Notes: generated by a model from the sequence alone, not told the origin. 64,000 nucleotides of DNA from Myxococcota bacterium (GCA_044344255.1 JBIJDH010000002.1:288001-352000), one strand, 5' to 3'. Counted from the stretch's first letter, positions 38,582 through 49,524 are shown. Translations and numbers: made by a program.

Positions 38582-39894
38582 GCCGAGGGCCCTGCGAGCT
38601 CGGCGCCGTGGCTGGGGAGGCTGGCCTCGCCGAGCTCGGGATAGAGCGGGAAGCGGCGGCAGAGCTCGGTCACCGACACCCGAACCCGAGCCTGGATCGC
38701 CTTGTCCGCCGGGGCGCGGAGGATGTCGGCCATCCAGTCGGCGATCTGAGCGGCCTCGGCCGTGCCCATCCCGCGCGTGGTCATCGCCGGGGTGCCGACC
38801 CGCACGCCGGAGGTGACCATCGGCGGCCGCTTCTCTCCGGGGACAGTGTTCTTGTTGACGGTGATGCCCACCGCGCCGAGGGCCTGCTCGCCCTCCTTGC
38901 CGCTCACCGGCTCGTTGGAGAGATCGATGAGCATGAGGTGGTTGTCGGTGCCGCCGCTCACGAGCGACAGGCCGCGCGCCATCAGCCGGTCGGCCATCGC
39001 GCGGGCGTTGTCGATCACCGCCTGCTGGTAGACCCGGAAGGACGGCTGCAGCGCCTCCTTGAACGCGACCGCCTTGGCGGCGATCACGTGCATCAGCGGG
39101 CCACCCTGGGTCCCGGGGAAGACCGCGGAGTTGATGCTCTTCATCCGGTCGCGCTCGGCGAGGATCATGCCGCCGCGAGGGCCGCGCAGCGTCTTGTGCG
39201 TCGTCGTGGTGACGATGTGGCAGTGCGGGAAGGGGTTCGGGTGCAGGCCGGCGACCACGAGGCCGGCGATGTGAGCGATGTCGGCCATCAGCACGGCGCC
39301 GACCTCGTCGGCGATCGCGCGGAAGGCTGCGAAGTCGATCAGGCGGGGGTAGGCGCTGGCGCCACAGACGATGAGCTTCGGTCGCTCGCGCAGGGTGAGC
39401 GCGCGCACCTCGTCCATGTCGATGCGGCCGTCGGCCTTCACGTGGTAGTGAACCGGCCGGTAGAGCAGGCCTGAGCTGTTGACCGGAGAGCCGTGGGTGA
39501 GGTGGCCGCCGTTGGAGAGGTCCAAGCCGAGGAAGGTGTCGCCCGGCTTCAGAACCGAGAGAAAAGCGGCGGAATTCGCCTGGGCACCCGCGTGCGGCTG
39601 GACGTTGACCCCGATGTCGAAGCCCGGGACGTCGAAGAGCTGGCGGGCGCGGTCCCGGGCGAGCCGCTCGACGACGTCCACGTGCTCGCAGCCGCCGTAG
39701 TAGCGGGCGCCGGGGAGCCCCTCGGCGTACTTGTTGGTGAGCGGAGATCCGAGGGCCTCGATCACGGCCAATGAGGCGTGGTTCTCGGAGGCGATGAGCT
39801 CGAGGTCGAGCTGTTGGCGCCCGATCTCGGCCATCATCGCGGCGAGGACTTCGGGATCGGCGGCGGAGAGGTGGGGGTAGAGGTGAGGGGACAG
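38578..39894 (-). CDS. glyA: Serine hydroxymethyltransferase (probable CTG start)
   Basis: ELIASEN, NKYAEG, GGHLTHG and [14 protein letters not shown]. The conserved L...DPEV segment extends upstream of the first ATG (39837). Confidence 0.95.
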   Translation of the reverse strand: MSPHLYPHLSAADPEVLAAMMAEIGRQQLDLELIASENHASLAVIEALGSPLTNKYAEGLPGARYYGGCEHVDVVERLARDRARQLFDVPGFDIGVNVQPHAGAQANSAAFLSVLKPGDTFLGLDLSNGGHLTHGSPVNSSGLLYRPVHYHVKADGRIDMDEVRALTLRERPKLIVCGASAYPRLIDFAAFRAIADEVGAVLMADIAHIAGLVVAGLHPNPFPHCHIVTTTTHKTLRGPRGGMILAERDRMKSINSAVFPGTQGGPLMHVIAAKAVAFKEALQPSFRVYQQAVIDNARAMADRLMARGLSLVSGGTDNHLMLIDLSNEPVSGKEGEQALGAVGITVNKNTVPGEKRPPMVTSGVRVGTPAMTTRGMGTAEAAQIADWMADILRAPADKAIQARVRVSVTELCRRFPLYPELGEASLPSHGAELAGPSA

Positions 39895-39911
39895 GGGCTC
39901 TCCCGGCGCCT

Positions 39912-40355
39912 TCAGCGCGGACGATCGAGGTTGGTGAGGAGGTCTACCCTGCGTTGGTGGCGGCCACCCTCGAAGGTGGAGTCGAGCCAGGCCGAGACGA
40001 TGTCCTGGGCGAGGCCGGCCCCGACGACCCGTTGTCCGAGGCAGAGCACGTTGGCGGCGTTGTGCAGCCGGGCCATTCGGGCGGAGAAGGTGTCCGAGAC
40101 CACCGCGGCGCGGATGCCCGCCATCTTGTTCGCCGCGATGCTCATCCCCACGCCGGTGCCGCAGCAGAGCAGCCCCCAGTCGGCCTGCCCTTCGGTGATG
40201 GCGCTCGCTACGTCCGCCGCGAAGGCGGGATAGTCGCAGCTCTCGGCCGTGTGGGTGCCCACGTCCTGCACGACGTGGCCCAGCACCCGCAGGTGCTCGA
40301 CGAGGATCCCCTTCAGCTCGAGGCCGGCGTGATCACTTCCCGCGACGATGCGCAT
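39912..40355 (-). CDS. rpiB: Ribose 5-phosphate isomerase B
   Basis: GSDHAG, CGTGVG, ANK..GIRAA, HNAANVL and FEGGRH.RRV. Confidence 0.96.
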   Translation of the reverse strand: MRIVAGSDHAGLELKGILVEHLRVLGHVVQDVGTHTAESCDYPAFAADVASAITEGQADWGLLCCGTGVGMSIAANKMAGIRAAVVSDTFSARMARLHNAANVLCLGQRVVGAGLAQDIVSAWLDSTFEGGRHQRRVDLLTNLDRPR

Positions 40356-40377
40356 CGAGGCCTCCAGGGCGTGCAGC

Positions 40378-41619
<1,242 letters not shown>

Positions 41620-41638
41620 GCGGTACCCCCGCCCAGCC

Positions 41639-41884
41639 TCAGCGGCGGACGTGCTCCTTGATGTAGTCCACGGCGTCTGCGACGGTCGTGATCTTCTCGG
41701 CGTCTTCGTCCGGGATCTCGATGTCGAAGGCCTTCTCGATGGTCATGACCAGCTCGACGATGTCGAGGCTGTCCGCCCCGAGGTCGTCGATGAAGGAAGA
41801 GCTGAGCTCAATCTCACTTCGGTTGGCGCTGAGGCTCTCCGAGATGATGTCGAAGACCTTGCTCTGGATGTCCTGATCGGTCAT
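41639..41884 (-). CDS. acpP: Acyl carrier protein
   Basis: [14 protein letters not shown] and [10 protein letters not shown]. Confidence 0.97.
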   Translation of the reverse strand: MTDQDIQSKVFDIISESLSANRSEIELSSSFIDDLGADSLDIVELVMTIEKAFDIEIPDEDAEKITTVADAVDYIKEHVRR

Positions 41885-42007
41885 GGCGGCTCCAAACAAC
41901 GGGGCAGGTGCGCACCGGGGATGCGTAACGAGGGGCGAGGTCCCGCGCAGGCGGATCCCACCATCCCAAGGTACGAACACCCGGGGATGGGGCGGCGCGG
42001 CGGCCGA

Positions 42008-42223
42008 CTACGGGACCTGTTCGATCTCGCCAGAGGGCTCGGCGGCAGGGGCCGCGGCGGGGGCGCTGTTGCGGTACACGCCGCAGGCCGGGCAGGCGCG
42101 GTGCATCAGCTTCAGCTCGCCGCAGGCGGGGCAGAGCATCGTGGCCGCAGTGGCCTTGATCGCGTCGTGCGAACGGCGCATGCCCTTGACGCTCTTCGAG
42201 GTTCGTTTCTTGGGAACTGGCAT
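42008..42223 (-). CDS. rpmF: 50S ribosomal protein L32 (Zn-binding form)
   Basis: MPVPKKRTS, RRSH, CPAC...HRACPACG.Y. Confidence 0.93.
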   Translation of the reverse strand: MPVPKKRTSKSVKGMRRSHDAIKATAATMLCPACGELKLMHRACPACGVYRNSAPAAAPAAEPSGEIEQVP

Positions 42224-42267
42224 GACACATCCATCGGGGGAGGGTGGAGGGTTTGGATCGGCCGGGT

Positions 42268-42807
42268 CTATTTCGGCAGACGGATTCCGGCGAAGGGAGA
42301 GAAGGGATGGCTGTCCACCGCCTCGGCGGGGAGCACACAGGGGCCGGGCTCGGCCGTGGCCCCTGGGGAGTCGCAGGTGACCCGAGCGGGGGCCATCAGG
42401 GCGTATTGTTCGGAGACGACCTGCTCGACGTCGATGGCCTGACCATCGAACCAACCCATGTCGAGGTCAGCAGGGGTGAGCTCAATCGCGTCTTCGTCTT
42501 CCGGATCGGGCGAGCGGCGGCGCTCGGTGGCGCCCTCGACCTCGTTCGGGAAATATCGGAGCTCGACGTCGCCATCGACCGCCACCTGCACGGAGCGTTG
42601 ACAGCGGTCACAAGGGCGATGGAAGGAGGCCGAGGCCTCCCCGGTCACCTTGACGGACTGGCCGATCCGCTCGATCAGCAGCTGCATGGCCAGCGTATCG
42701 GGAGCGGCGTCGAAGGCCGAATTCGCGGCTTCACGGGCCCAGCGGTCGGAGAGTCCGACCTTGAGCTCGAAGCCGTCGCGGGGGATTTGGTCGAGGGTGA
42801 TGCGCAT
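42268..42807 (-). CDS. yceD: YceD/DUF177 family protein
   Basis: CDRC and terminal HPFSPFAGI. Canonical position upstream of rpmF. Confidence 0.8.
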   Translation of the reverse strand: MRITLDQIPRDGFELKVGLSDRWAREAANSAFDAAPDTLAMQLLIERIGQSVKVTGEASASFHRPCDRCQRSVQVAVDGDVELRYFPNEVEGATERRRSPDPEDEDAIELTPADLDMGWFDGQAIDVEQVVSEQYALMAPARVTCDSPGATAEPGPCVLPAEAVDSHPFSPFAGIRLPK

Positions 42808-42829
42808 GCGAACCTGGAGGCCGGCGCCG

Positions 42830-43822
42830 CTATCCGAGCAGCGGCGCCGGCGCCAACTCCACGTGCGCGCAGGCGCGGTCACAGGCGCGGATGGCCGCGA
42901 GGTGGGGGGAGGCCGCTTCACGCCATCGGGCCGAAGCGTCGCGGCCGACCGGGCCGAAATCGGGCTTGAAGGGACAGCTCCGAATCGCCCCGTTCGCTGT
43001 GATCTCCAGGCGTTGCCCGCCGACCGGGCAAGGCTGAAGGCGGCGGCGAGCGGGGGCGGCGGCGCGGGGCATGCCGGGCAGGCCGTCGGCGTGGGCGCGC
43101 ATCACCTTGAGCTCGGAGAAGGTGGCGGCGGGGGTCCGCTGAAAGGGGCCCGACTCAAGCGCAAGGGTGCCCAGGACGGCGTCATCGTCGGGGATGGCCC
43201 CGGCCTTCCAGGGCGCCACCACACGGAAGCCATCGGCCCCCACCTGCCGGGCCCAGCCGACCACCGCCCGGGCCTCGCGGTTGGCCTGGCCCTGCCAGGG
43301 GAGGTCGATCTCCACGTCGAGGGGCGCGCCGCGGTCCTTGCGGGCGAAGATGAAGGAGAGCACCGCGGTGGTGGCGTCGACCGCCGAATTGCCGACGACG
43401 TCGCGCTGCACTTCGTCAGAGACCCCGCCGACGAGCACGCGCACCCGCGCGAGGCCGCGATCGATGAGCTGCTCGGCCCGTGGTGTGTCGATCCCGGTGC
43501 CGTCGGTCACGAGGGTCACCTCACACTCCAGGCGGTGCGCGAAGCGGATCAGCTCCTCGAGCTCGTCGGTGGCGCCGGAGCGGAGGGCGTAGATCGTCAC
43601 CGGGAGGGGGCCGAGCCAGTCCACCATGCTGACGAGCGCCCGGCGCCAGTCCGAAGGAGAGTGCGCGCCGTGCGCGCCGAGGGAGCCTGGGAGGTCTCCG
43701 TCGTCCAGGCGGAGGACGAGGCGGGCGGGGCGGACGGTGTTGGCAGCCCGCCCTCCGCAGCGGGCGGACAGGCGCCGCCAAGCAGCGCGGAGCTTCGCGA
43801 TCCCCTGTTCCAGCTCTCTCAT
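42830..43822 (-). CDS. Radical-SAM-fold protein lacking CxxxCxxC, with SPASM/Twitch-like C-terminus
   Basis: VTLVTDG (TNG position), GL.RVRVLVGG..DEV...V.G, CPVG...LEITANG.I.SCPF and CDRAC. Confidence 0.65.
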   Translation of the reverse strand: MRELEQGIAKLRAAWRRLSARCGGRAANTVRPARLVLRLDDGDLPGSLGAHGAHSPSDWRRALVSMVDWLGPLPVTIYALRSGATDELEELIRFAHRLECEVTLVTDGTGIDTPRAEQLIDRGLARVRVLVGGVSDEVQRDVVGNSAVDATTAVLSFIFARKDRGAPLDVEIDLPWQGQANREARAVVGWARQVGADGFRVVAPWKAGAIPDDDAVLGTLALESGPFQRTPAATFSELKVMRAHADGLPGMPRAAAPARRRLQPCPVGGQRLEITANGAIRSCPFKPDFGPVGRDASARWREAASPHLAAIRACDRACAHVELAPAPLLG

Positions 43823-44022
43823 CGCCTCAAATCCTTGTCTTTTCGTACACGGGGTCGCCGGTGACCGCGCGCCGCTCCCGGGAGGCTCGGCCTCGCGCGC
43901 GGGCCGAAGAGGGCCCGGTGCGCGCGGACGGGCTACGCATGGGCGAAGCCTCGCTCTGCTACCTCGCCGGAGCCCGTATGTCTCTCCTCGGCCTGCCTCT
44001 CCTCCGCATGTCTCCGCCCTGC

Positions 44023-44589
44023 ATGTCTCTCCGCCGCCCCTCGGCGCAGCCCTCGGCCTCGACGCTCCCTCTGCTGGCGGGGGCGCTCCTGTCGCTGTCC
44101 GCCGCTTGCCAGAAGCCCGATCCGGGGCCGGCGCAGGCGCAGGCCTACGTCGCGGCGCTGAGCCCCATCCTGGTCGACAACGCGCGCCTCGCCCGCGAGA
44201 TGACCACGCTCGCGGGGGAGGTCAAGCAGAACCGCACGGACGCGCCGCAGATCGCAGGTCGCCTCGAGAAGGCCCTCGTGCCCGCCGCCAAGCAGGTGGC
44301 CGAGCACGCGGGCGCCCTCGATACCCCTCACCCGGCCCTCAAGGCGGCCCACGCCGAGCTTGTGGAGTCGTGGCAGGACCGGGCGGCCACCTACGAAGAC
44401 CTCGCCCAAGCTTGGAAGGATCAAGACCTCGACGGCATCGAGCGAGCGATGGACGAGATCGACGCTTGGCGCAGTCGGCAAGATCGCAGCATCGAGGCGC
44501 TTAACACCGCCGTCTCCGCATATGGGATGCCTGCGGTGGAGGCCTACCCGCCGATCGCCGCCGCGGCTCCCGCCGCAGCCGGGGGCTGA
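44023..44589 (+). CDS. Hypothetical helical lipoprotein
   Basis: Lipobox LSAAC. Start uncertain, with alternative ATGs upstream. Confidence 0.6.
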   Translation: MSLRRPSAQPSASTLPLLAGALLSLSAACQKPDPGPAQAQAYVAALSPILVDNARLAREMTTLAGEVKQNRTDAPQIAGRLEKALVPAAKQVAEHAGALDTPHPALKAAHAELVESWQDRAATYEDLAQAWKDQDLDGIERAMDEIDAWRSRQDRSIEALNTAVSAYGMPAVEAYPPIAAAAPAAAGG

Positions 44590-44643
44590 TCCTGGGGTTG
44601 CCCCTCGGTCGGCTCGGGGCAGACGATCTTTGGGGCCCTCGCC

Positions 44644-44672
44644 TTGACGCACCGAGAGGGCCCGTATATATG
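44644..44672 (+). promoter_or_regulatory. Sigma70-like promoter for the tRNA pair
   Basis: TTGACG (44644-44649), then TATATATG (44665-44672), followed by a GC-rich discriminator. Confidence 0.55.
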
Positions 44673-44799
44673 GCCAGCGCTTCGGGAGACCGGGGCGCCG
44701 CTCTTCGAAAGCCGCTCTTCGAGAGATTTTTCCCTGAGTGTCCGAGTATAGCTTAAGATGGGAGTTTCCCTCTTTAGCATACTTGAAGTTGGAATTTAT

Positions 44800-44875
44800 T
44801 GAGGCGTGGTGTAATTGGCAACACGTCGGGTTCTGGCCCCGAAGACTCTAGGTTCGATTCCTAGCGCCTCAACCA
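44800..44875 (+). tRNA. tRNA-Gln (anticodon CTG)
   Basis: Acceptor TGAGGCG/CGCCTCA, anticodon arm TCGGG-TTCTGGC-CCCGA, T arm CTAGG-TTCGATT-CCTAG, encoded CCA. Confidence 0.96.
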
Positions 44876-44877
44876 CC

Positions 44878-44906
44878 TTGACAGAGTTTGTTGGATTAGC
44901 TATACG
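44878..44906 (+). promoter_or_regulatory. Possible internal sigma70 promoter for tRNA-Glu
   Basis: TTGACA-17 nt-TATACG. Confidence 0.4.
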
Positions 44907-44936
44907 AGCTTCTCAAGTGTACTTGAAAATCTGAAT

Positions 44937-45012
44937 GGTCCTATCGTCTAGAGGCCAAGGACAGTGCCCTCTCACGGCACAGACACGGGTTCGAATCCCG
45001 TTAGGACTACCA
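44937..45012 (+). tRNA. tRNA-Glu (anticodon CTC)
   Basis: Acceptor GGTCCTA/TAGGACT, anticodon arm GTGCC-CTCTCAC-GGCAC, T arm ACGGG-TTCGAAT-CCCGT, encoded CCA. Confidence 0.96.
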
Positions 45013-45015
45013 TTT

Positions 45016-45049
45016 ACCCCCGCGCGGACATTGTCCCCGCGGGGGTTTT
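45016..45049 (+). terminator. Rho-independent terminator after tRNA-Glu
   Basis: ACCCCCGCG-CGGAC-ATT-GTCCC-CGCGGGGGT hairpin followed by a T run. Confidence 0.8.
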
Positions 45050-45135
45050 CCGTTGTGCGCGTCTTTCGTGTGCGCAGTGTGTGGTCGCACGTGACCTCAA
45101 TACGGACGGCCTGCGCGCCGGGATGGCGGAGACCC

Positions 45136-48100
45136 TCAGCGGTCGAGCAGGCCCTCTAGGCCGCCGGCCGCTGAGTACCATTCGAGGAGGGCCAGGTTGT
45201 AGATGGCGAGGCTGTCCACCTTGAACTGCTCGGCGAGGGCGAGGCTGGTCTGGGCGTTGATGACGGCGAGGTTGTCACCGGCCCCGTCTCGGTAGCGGCC
45301 CTCAGCGCGGCTGAGCTCCTCCCGGGAGAGGGCCAGGGCGGCCTCGGCGATCGGCAGCGCGGCGGCGGCGTCGTGGGCGCGGCGCAGGCTCAGGCGCAGC
45401 GCCGCGTCGAGGGCCTGTCGGGCGTCCCGCTCGCGAAGGTGGGCGATGGAGACCTGAGCGCCGGCGGCGCCCCGCGCGGCGGAGCGGGCGCCCCCCACCC
45501 AGAGGGGGAGGCTCGCGCCGAGGCCGACCTCCTCGACAGGGAAGGCGCCGCCGCCCGAGAGATCGGCGGCGATCCCGGCCGATCCCCAGGCGGAGAGGCT
45601 GGGCAGGAGCGCGCGATCGGCGGCCTTCGCCCCCGCCTCTGCCGCGCGCGCGGTGGCGGCGGCGCCCGCGATCAGGGGGTGGCTCGCGCTCACGGGGCCG
45701 AGGAGCTCGGCGACGGTGTCCTCGGCGGGGAGGCTGTCGGGATCGGCGAAGGCGGCGGGGGCGACCGCGGAGAGCGCGCCGCCGGGCGGGAGGCCAAGGA
45801 GGCGAGAGAGGCGGAGGGAGGCCTCGGAGCGGGCCGTGCGGGCCGCGAGCAGCCGCTGCTCCTCGACGCGCAGGGCGAGCTCGGCGCGGGTGGCGTCGAG
45901 CGCGGGCGCGAGGCCGAGCTCGGCGCGGTGGCGGGCCAGGGTGAGCAGGGCCTCGGCGCGGCCGCGGCGGGTCTCTGCGGCGCGGGCGCTCTCCTCGGTC
46001 TGCTGCAGGGAGATAAACGCGGCCCCGGCGGCCACCCGTACCCGGCGCTGATCGAGGGAGACCTTGGCCTCTTCGAGGTCGAGCCGGGCCGCCGCCGCCT
46101 CCAGGCCGGCGAGGCCGCCCGGGGCGAGGAGCGGGACCTCGGCGCGCAGGCCGAGGCTGCTCCGCCCGGTCGGCGCGGAGAGGGTGCCCCAGAGCAGGCC
46201 GCCCGTCGCGCTCAGGCTCGGCAGGAGCTCGGCCCGCGCGGCGGTGACGGCGGCCTCGGAGGGGACGAGGGCGAGCGCGCCGGCCTGCAGGTCGACGTTG
46301 CCCGCGTCGGCCGCGCTCAACACCTCCCCGAGGGTGAGGGGCGCCGCCTCGGCCGCGGCGGGGGCGAGGAGCGGGAGACTCAGGCCGAGCAGCCCGACGA
46401 GGACCGCCGGCGCGCGGGGGCGTCGGCGGGAGAGCGCCGCGTAGACGACCGGCGTGATGTAGAGGGTCATCACCGTCGCGCTCACCATGCCTCCCACCAC
46501 CGCCACGCCCAGCGAGGCGCGGCTCGTGCCCGAGAGGCCGAGGGCGATGGGGATGGCCCCGCCGATGGTGGCGACCGAGGTCATCAGGATCGGCCGAAAG
46601 CGGAGCCGGGCGGCCTCGCGCGCGGCGGTCCAGGGGTCCTGGCCATGCTCGGCCTCGAGCTGGCGTGCGTACTCGACGATCAGGATGCCGTTCTTCGTGA
46701 CGAGCCCCACGAGGAGGATGAGGCCCACTTGTCCGAAGAAGGACAGGGTCATCCCGAAGACAGTGAGCCCCAAGAAGGCGCCCGCCAGCGCCAAAGGCAC
46801 GGCCAGCATGATTGAGATCGGCGCCGCGAAGGAGTCGAACTGCGCGGCCAGCAGCAGGTAGACCAGGGCGAGGGCGAGCAAGAACATCTGGGCGAGCGAG
46901 CTCGCGCTCTCGGCGAAGTCGCGCGACTCGCCGGCCAAAGCCGTGCGGAAGCCGGGGGGCAGCTCCGCCTCGGCCATCGCCTGCACCCGCGCGATCGCCT
47001 CACCGAGCGGGATCCCGTCCGGGTTCGCGCTGACCGTGGCCGAGGGCACACGATTGTAGTGGTAACGAGAGGCCGGCCCGGCGCGGGTCTCCCGCTCGAT
47101 CAGGTTGCTCATCGCGTACAGACGGCCATCTCGCCCGCGGAGGTGGATGCGATCGAGATCCGCGGGGCTGGACCGCAGCTCGAGCGGCAGGCCCACGATG
47201 ACCTTGTGTTGCCGTACGCCGCGCTTGAAGGTGGACAGATCGAGGCCGCTGGTCAGGATCTGGAGGGTGCGGGCCACCTCCCGGATGGGCAGGCCGAGGC
47301 GCGCCGCCGCCTCGCGGTCGATCCGGAGGTTGAGCTCCGGTCGATCGAGCTTGAGATCTTCGTTGACCGCAGACAAGCCGGGGATCGCGCGCATGGCGGC
47401 CACGAAGCGGGGGAGCTCGGCCGTGAGGGCGTCGAAGTCTGGGTGCTGGAGCACGAATTGGAGGGGCGACGAGAAGCCACGGCCCACCGTTGGAAATTGG
47501 ATGGGGATGGTGCGGAAGGCGGTGATGGTGGAGAGCGGGCCCTTCAGCGCGGCCACGATCTCCTGCTGGCTCCGGCCCCGCTCGTCACGCGGGAGGAGGG
47601 GGAACATGATCATCCCCGTGTTCGTGCCCGCCGAGACCCCTCCCGGGCCGGTGGCCACGCGGGAGAGCATCATGCGGCGCTCCGGCACCAGCGGCATCAA
47701 GCTCTGCTCGACCTCACGCATCCGGGCGTCCATCCAGGGGAAGCTCGTCCCCTCCTGGGCGACGGTCCGGATGATGAACATGTTGCGGTCCTCCGTGGGG
47801 AAGAACTCGCGCGGGGTCCACCGAAAGCCGGCGTAGACACCGGCCATCACCACCATCAACACCGGTACGACGAGCCAGGGCCTCCGCATCAGGGCGCCCA
47901 GGGAGCGATCGAAGGCGCGGGCCAGCCGATCGGGCTCGGCGTGGGCTGCGTGCTGCGGGCGCGCGACGAGCAGGCGCGAGCAGAGCAGGGGGGTCAACGT
48001 GAGCGCGACGATCATGCTGATCGCCACGCTGGCGGCGACCGTGGCGCCGAATTCGAGGAAGAGCCGCCCGGTGGTCCCGCCGGTGAAGATGACGGGGAGG

Positions 48101-49524
48101 AACACGAGGACCAAGGAGAGGGTGGTCGCGATGACCGCCATCGCGATCTGGCGGGTGCCGAGCAGGGCGGCGATCCGCACGGGCTCGCCGGTCTCGACGC
48201 GCCGCACCACGTTCTCGAGCACGACGATGGCGTCGTCGACCACGAGGCCGATCGCCAGCACGAGGCCGAAGAGCGTGAAGACATTGACGGTGAAGCCGAT
48301 CGCCCACATCACGAAGAAGGTTCCGACGATCGAGACGGGGATGGCCACCGCCGGCACCAGCGTGGACCGCAGGTCGCGCAGGAAGGCGAAGATCACCACC
48401 ACGACGAGCAAGAAGGCGACGACAAGCGTGAGCTCGACGTCGTGGATCGAGGTGCGAACGGCGTCGGCGCGATCGTAGACGTTGTCGAGCGTGACCCCGG
48501 CCGGGAGGTCCTCCTGAATGCCGGGCAGGCGCCGTTTCACCTCGTCGGAGACGGCGACGATGTTGGCCTTCGCCTGGGGTGTGATGGCCAGCGAGATCGA
48601 CGGGAGGGCGTCGGCGCGGGCCGCCGATCGCTCGTTCTCGGCGCCGATCCGGATGTTGGCGACGTCTCGCAGGTAGACTCGCGTCTCTCCGGCCCCGGCT
48701 CCTCCACCTCCACCTTCGCCGCCTCCGGCCCGCAGGACGAGGCCGCCGAAGGCCTCCGGGGTGGAGAGGCCACCCTCGACATGGAGGGTGAGCTGGGTGG
48801 CCGCCCCCTCGATGCGCCCGGCGGGGAGGTCGATGTTGCCCTGGCGGAGCGCCGCCTCGACGTCTCCCACCGTCACCTTGCGCGCCGCGAGGCGGACGGG
48901 GTCGAGCTCGACGCGCATCGCGTAGACCTGGGCGCCGAAGAGGTCGACCCCGCTCACCCCCTCCACGTTCTCGAGGCGGTCGCGGACGACGGTGTCGGCG
49001 ATCTCGGTGATGTCGAGCAGGCTCTGACCCTCTCCCGCGAGGCGGAGGAACATCACGGGCTGCGCGCTGGCGTCGGCCTTCTCGACGGTGGGCTCGTCGA
49101 TGTCGTCCGGCAGCTTCTTCCGGACCCGGCTCACCCGGCTCCGCACGTCGTTGGCGGCGGCCTCGAGGTCGCGGTCGAGGTTGAATTCGACCGTGATGGT
49201 CGAGCTGCCCTCCTGGCTCGAGCTCGTGAGCGTGCGGACCCCCTCGATGCCGTTGAGCTCTCGCTCCAGCACCTCGGTGAGGTCGGACTCGACGATGGCC
49301 GGATCGGCCCCGGGCCAGGCGGTGGAGACCGTCACCACGGGGTTCTGGACGTCGGGCGTCTCCCGCACGGCGAGCTCGGAGAAGCCCATGGCGCCGAGGA
49401 GCAGGATGAGCAGCGACAAGACGAGGGCGAGGACGGGCCGCTCGATGAAGAGGTCGGTGGGGTACACGCGGCCCGGAGCGTCGGCCGACGGCGGGGCTCC
49501 GCCCGGCAGGGGAGCCTCGCTCAT
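45136..49524 (-). CDS. RND (HAE1/AcrB-family) efflux permease fused to a C-terminal TolC-like outer-membrane factor
   Basis: FIERPV, GLVVDDAIVVLEN, TKNGIL and RFRPILMTS, then about 400 aa of OEP pattern (PLTL.E.L, LLPSLS, RYRDG). Confidence 0.9.
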   Translation of the reverse strand: MSEAPLPGGAPPSADAPGRVYPTDLFIERPVLALVLSLLILLLGAMGFSELAVRETPDVQNPVVTVSTAWPGADPAIVESDLTEVLERELNGIEGVRTLTSSSQEGSSTITVEFNLDRDLEAAANDVRSRVSRVRKKLPDDIDEPTVEKADASAQPVMFLRLAGEGQSLLDITEIADTVVRDRLENVEGVSGVDLFGAQVYAMRVELDPVRLAARKVTVGDVEAALRQGNIDLPAGRIEGAATQLTLHVEGGLSTPEAFGGLVLRAGGGEGGGGGAGAGETRVYLRDVANIRIGAENERSAARADALPSISLAITPQAKANIVAVSDEVKRRLPGIQEDLPAGVTLDNVYDRADAVRTSIHDVELTLVVAFLLVVVVIFAFLRDLRSTLVPAVAIPVSIVGTFFVMWAIGFTVNVFTLFGLVLAIGLVVDDAIVVLENVVRRVETGEPVRIAALLGTRQIAMAVIATTLSLVLVFLPVIFTGGTTGRLFLEFGATVAASVAISMIVALTLTPLLCSRLLVARPQHAAHAEPDRLARAFDRSLGALMRRPWLVVPVLMVVMAGVYAGFRWTPREFFPTEDRNMFIIRTVAQEGTSFPWMDARMREVEQSLMPLVPERRMMLSRVATGPGGVSAGTNTGMIMFPLLPRDERGRSQQEIVAALKGPLSTITAFRTIPIQFPTVGRGFSSPLQFVLQHPDFDALTAELPRFVAAMRAIPGLSAVNEDLKLDRPELNLRIDREAAARLGLPIREVARTLQILTSGLDLSTFKRGVRQHKVIVGLPLELRSSPADLDRIHLRGRDGRLYAMSNLIERETRAGPASRYHYNRVPSATVSANPDGIPLGEAIARVQAMAEAELPPGFRTALAGESRDFAESASSLAQMFLLALALVYLLLAAQFDSFAAPISIMLAVPLALAGAFLGLTVFGMTLSFFGQVGLILLVGLVTKNGILIVEYARQLEAEHGQDPWTAAREAARLRFRPILMTSVATIGGAIPIALGLSGTSRASLGVAVVGGMVSATVMTLYITPVVYAALSRRRPRAPAVLVGLLGLSLPLLAPAAAEAAPLTLGEVLSAADAGNVDLQAGALALVPSEAAVTAARAELLPSLSATGGLLWGTLSAPTGRSSLGLRAEVPLLAPGGLAGLEAAAARLDLEEAKVSLDQRRVRVAAGAAFISLQQTEESARAAETRRGRAEALLTLARHRAELGLAPALDATRAELALRVEEQRLLAARTARSEASLRLSRLLGLPPGGALSAVAPAAFADPDSLPAEDTVAELLGPVSASHPLIAGAAATARAAEAGAKAADRALLPSLSAWGSAGIAADLSGGGAFPVEEVGLGASLPLWVGGARSAARGAAGAQVSIAHLRERDARQALDAALRLSLRRAHDAAAALPIAEAALALSREELSRAEGRYRDGAGDNLAVINAQTSLALAEQFKVDSLAIYNLALLEWYSAAGGLEGLLDR

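Noticed and set aside
42830..43822. Radical SAM/SPASM protein as the maturase of the NHLP-clan peptide
   Set aside because: It is 20 kb away, has no RRE and lacks the CxxxCxxC motif needed for radical chemistry.
44720..45016. AT-rich stretch around the tRNAs as an integrated element or att site
   Set aside because: No integrase and no duplicated tRNA 3' end were seen. AT-richer spacers are normal in stable-RNA operons.
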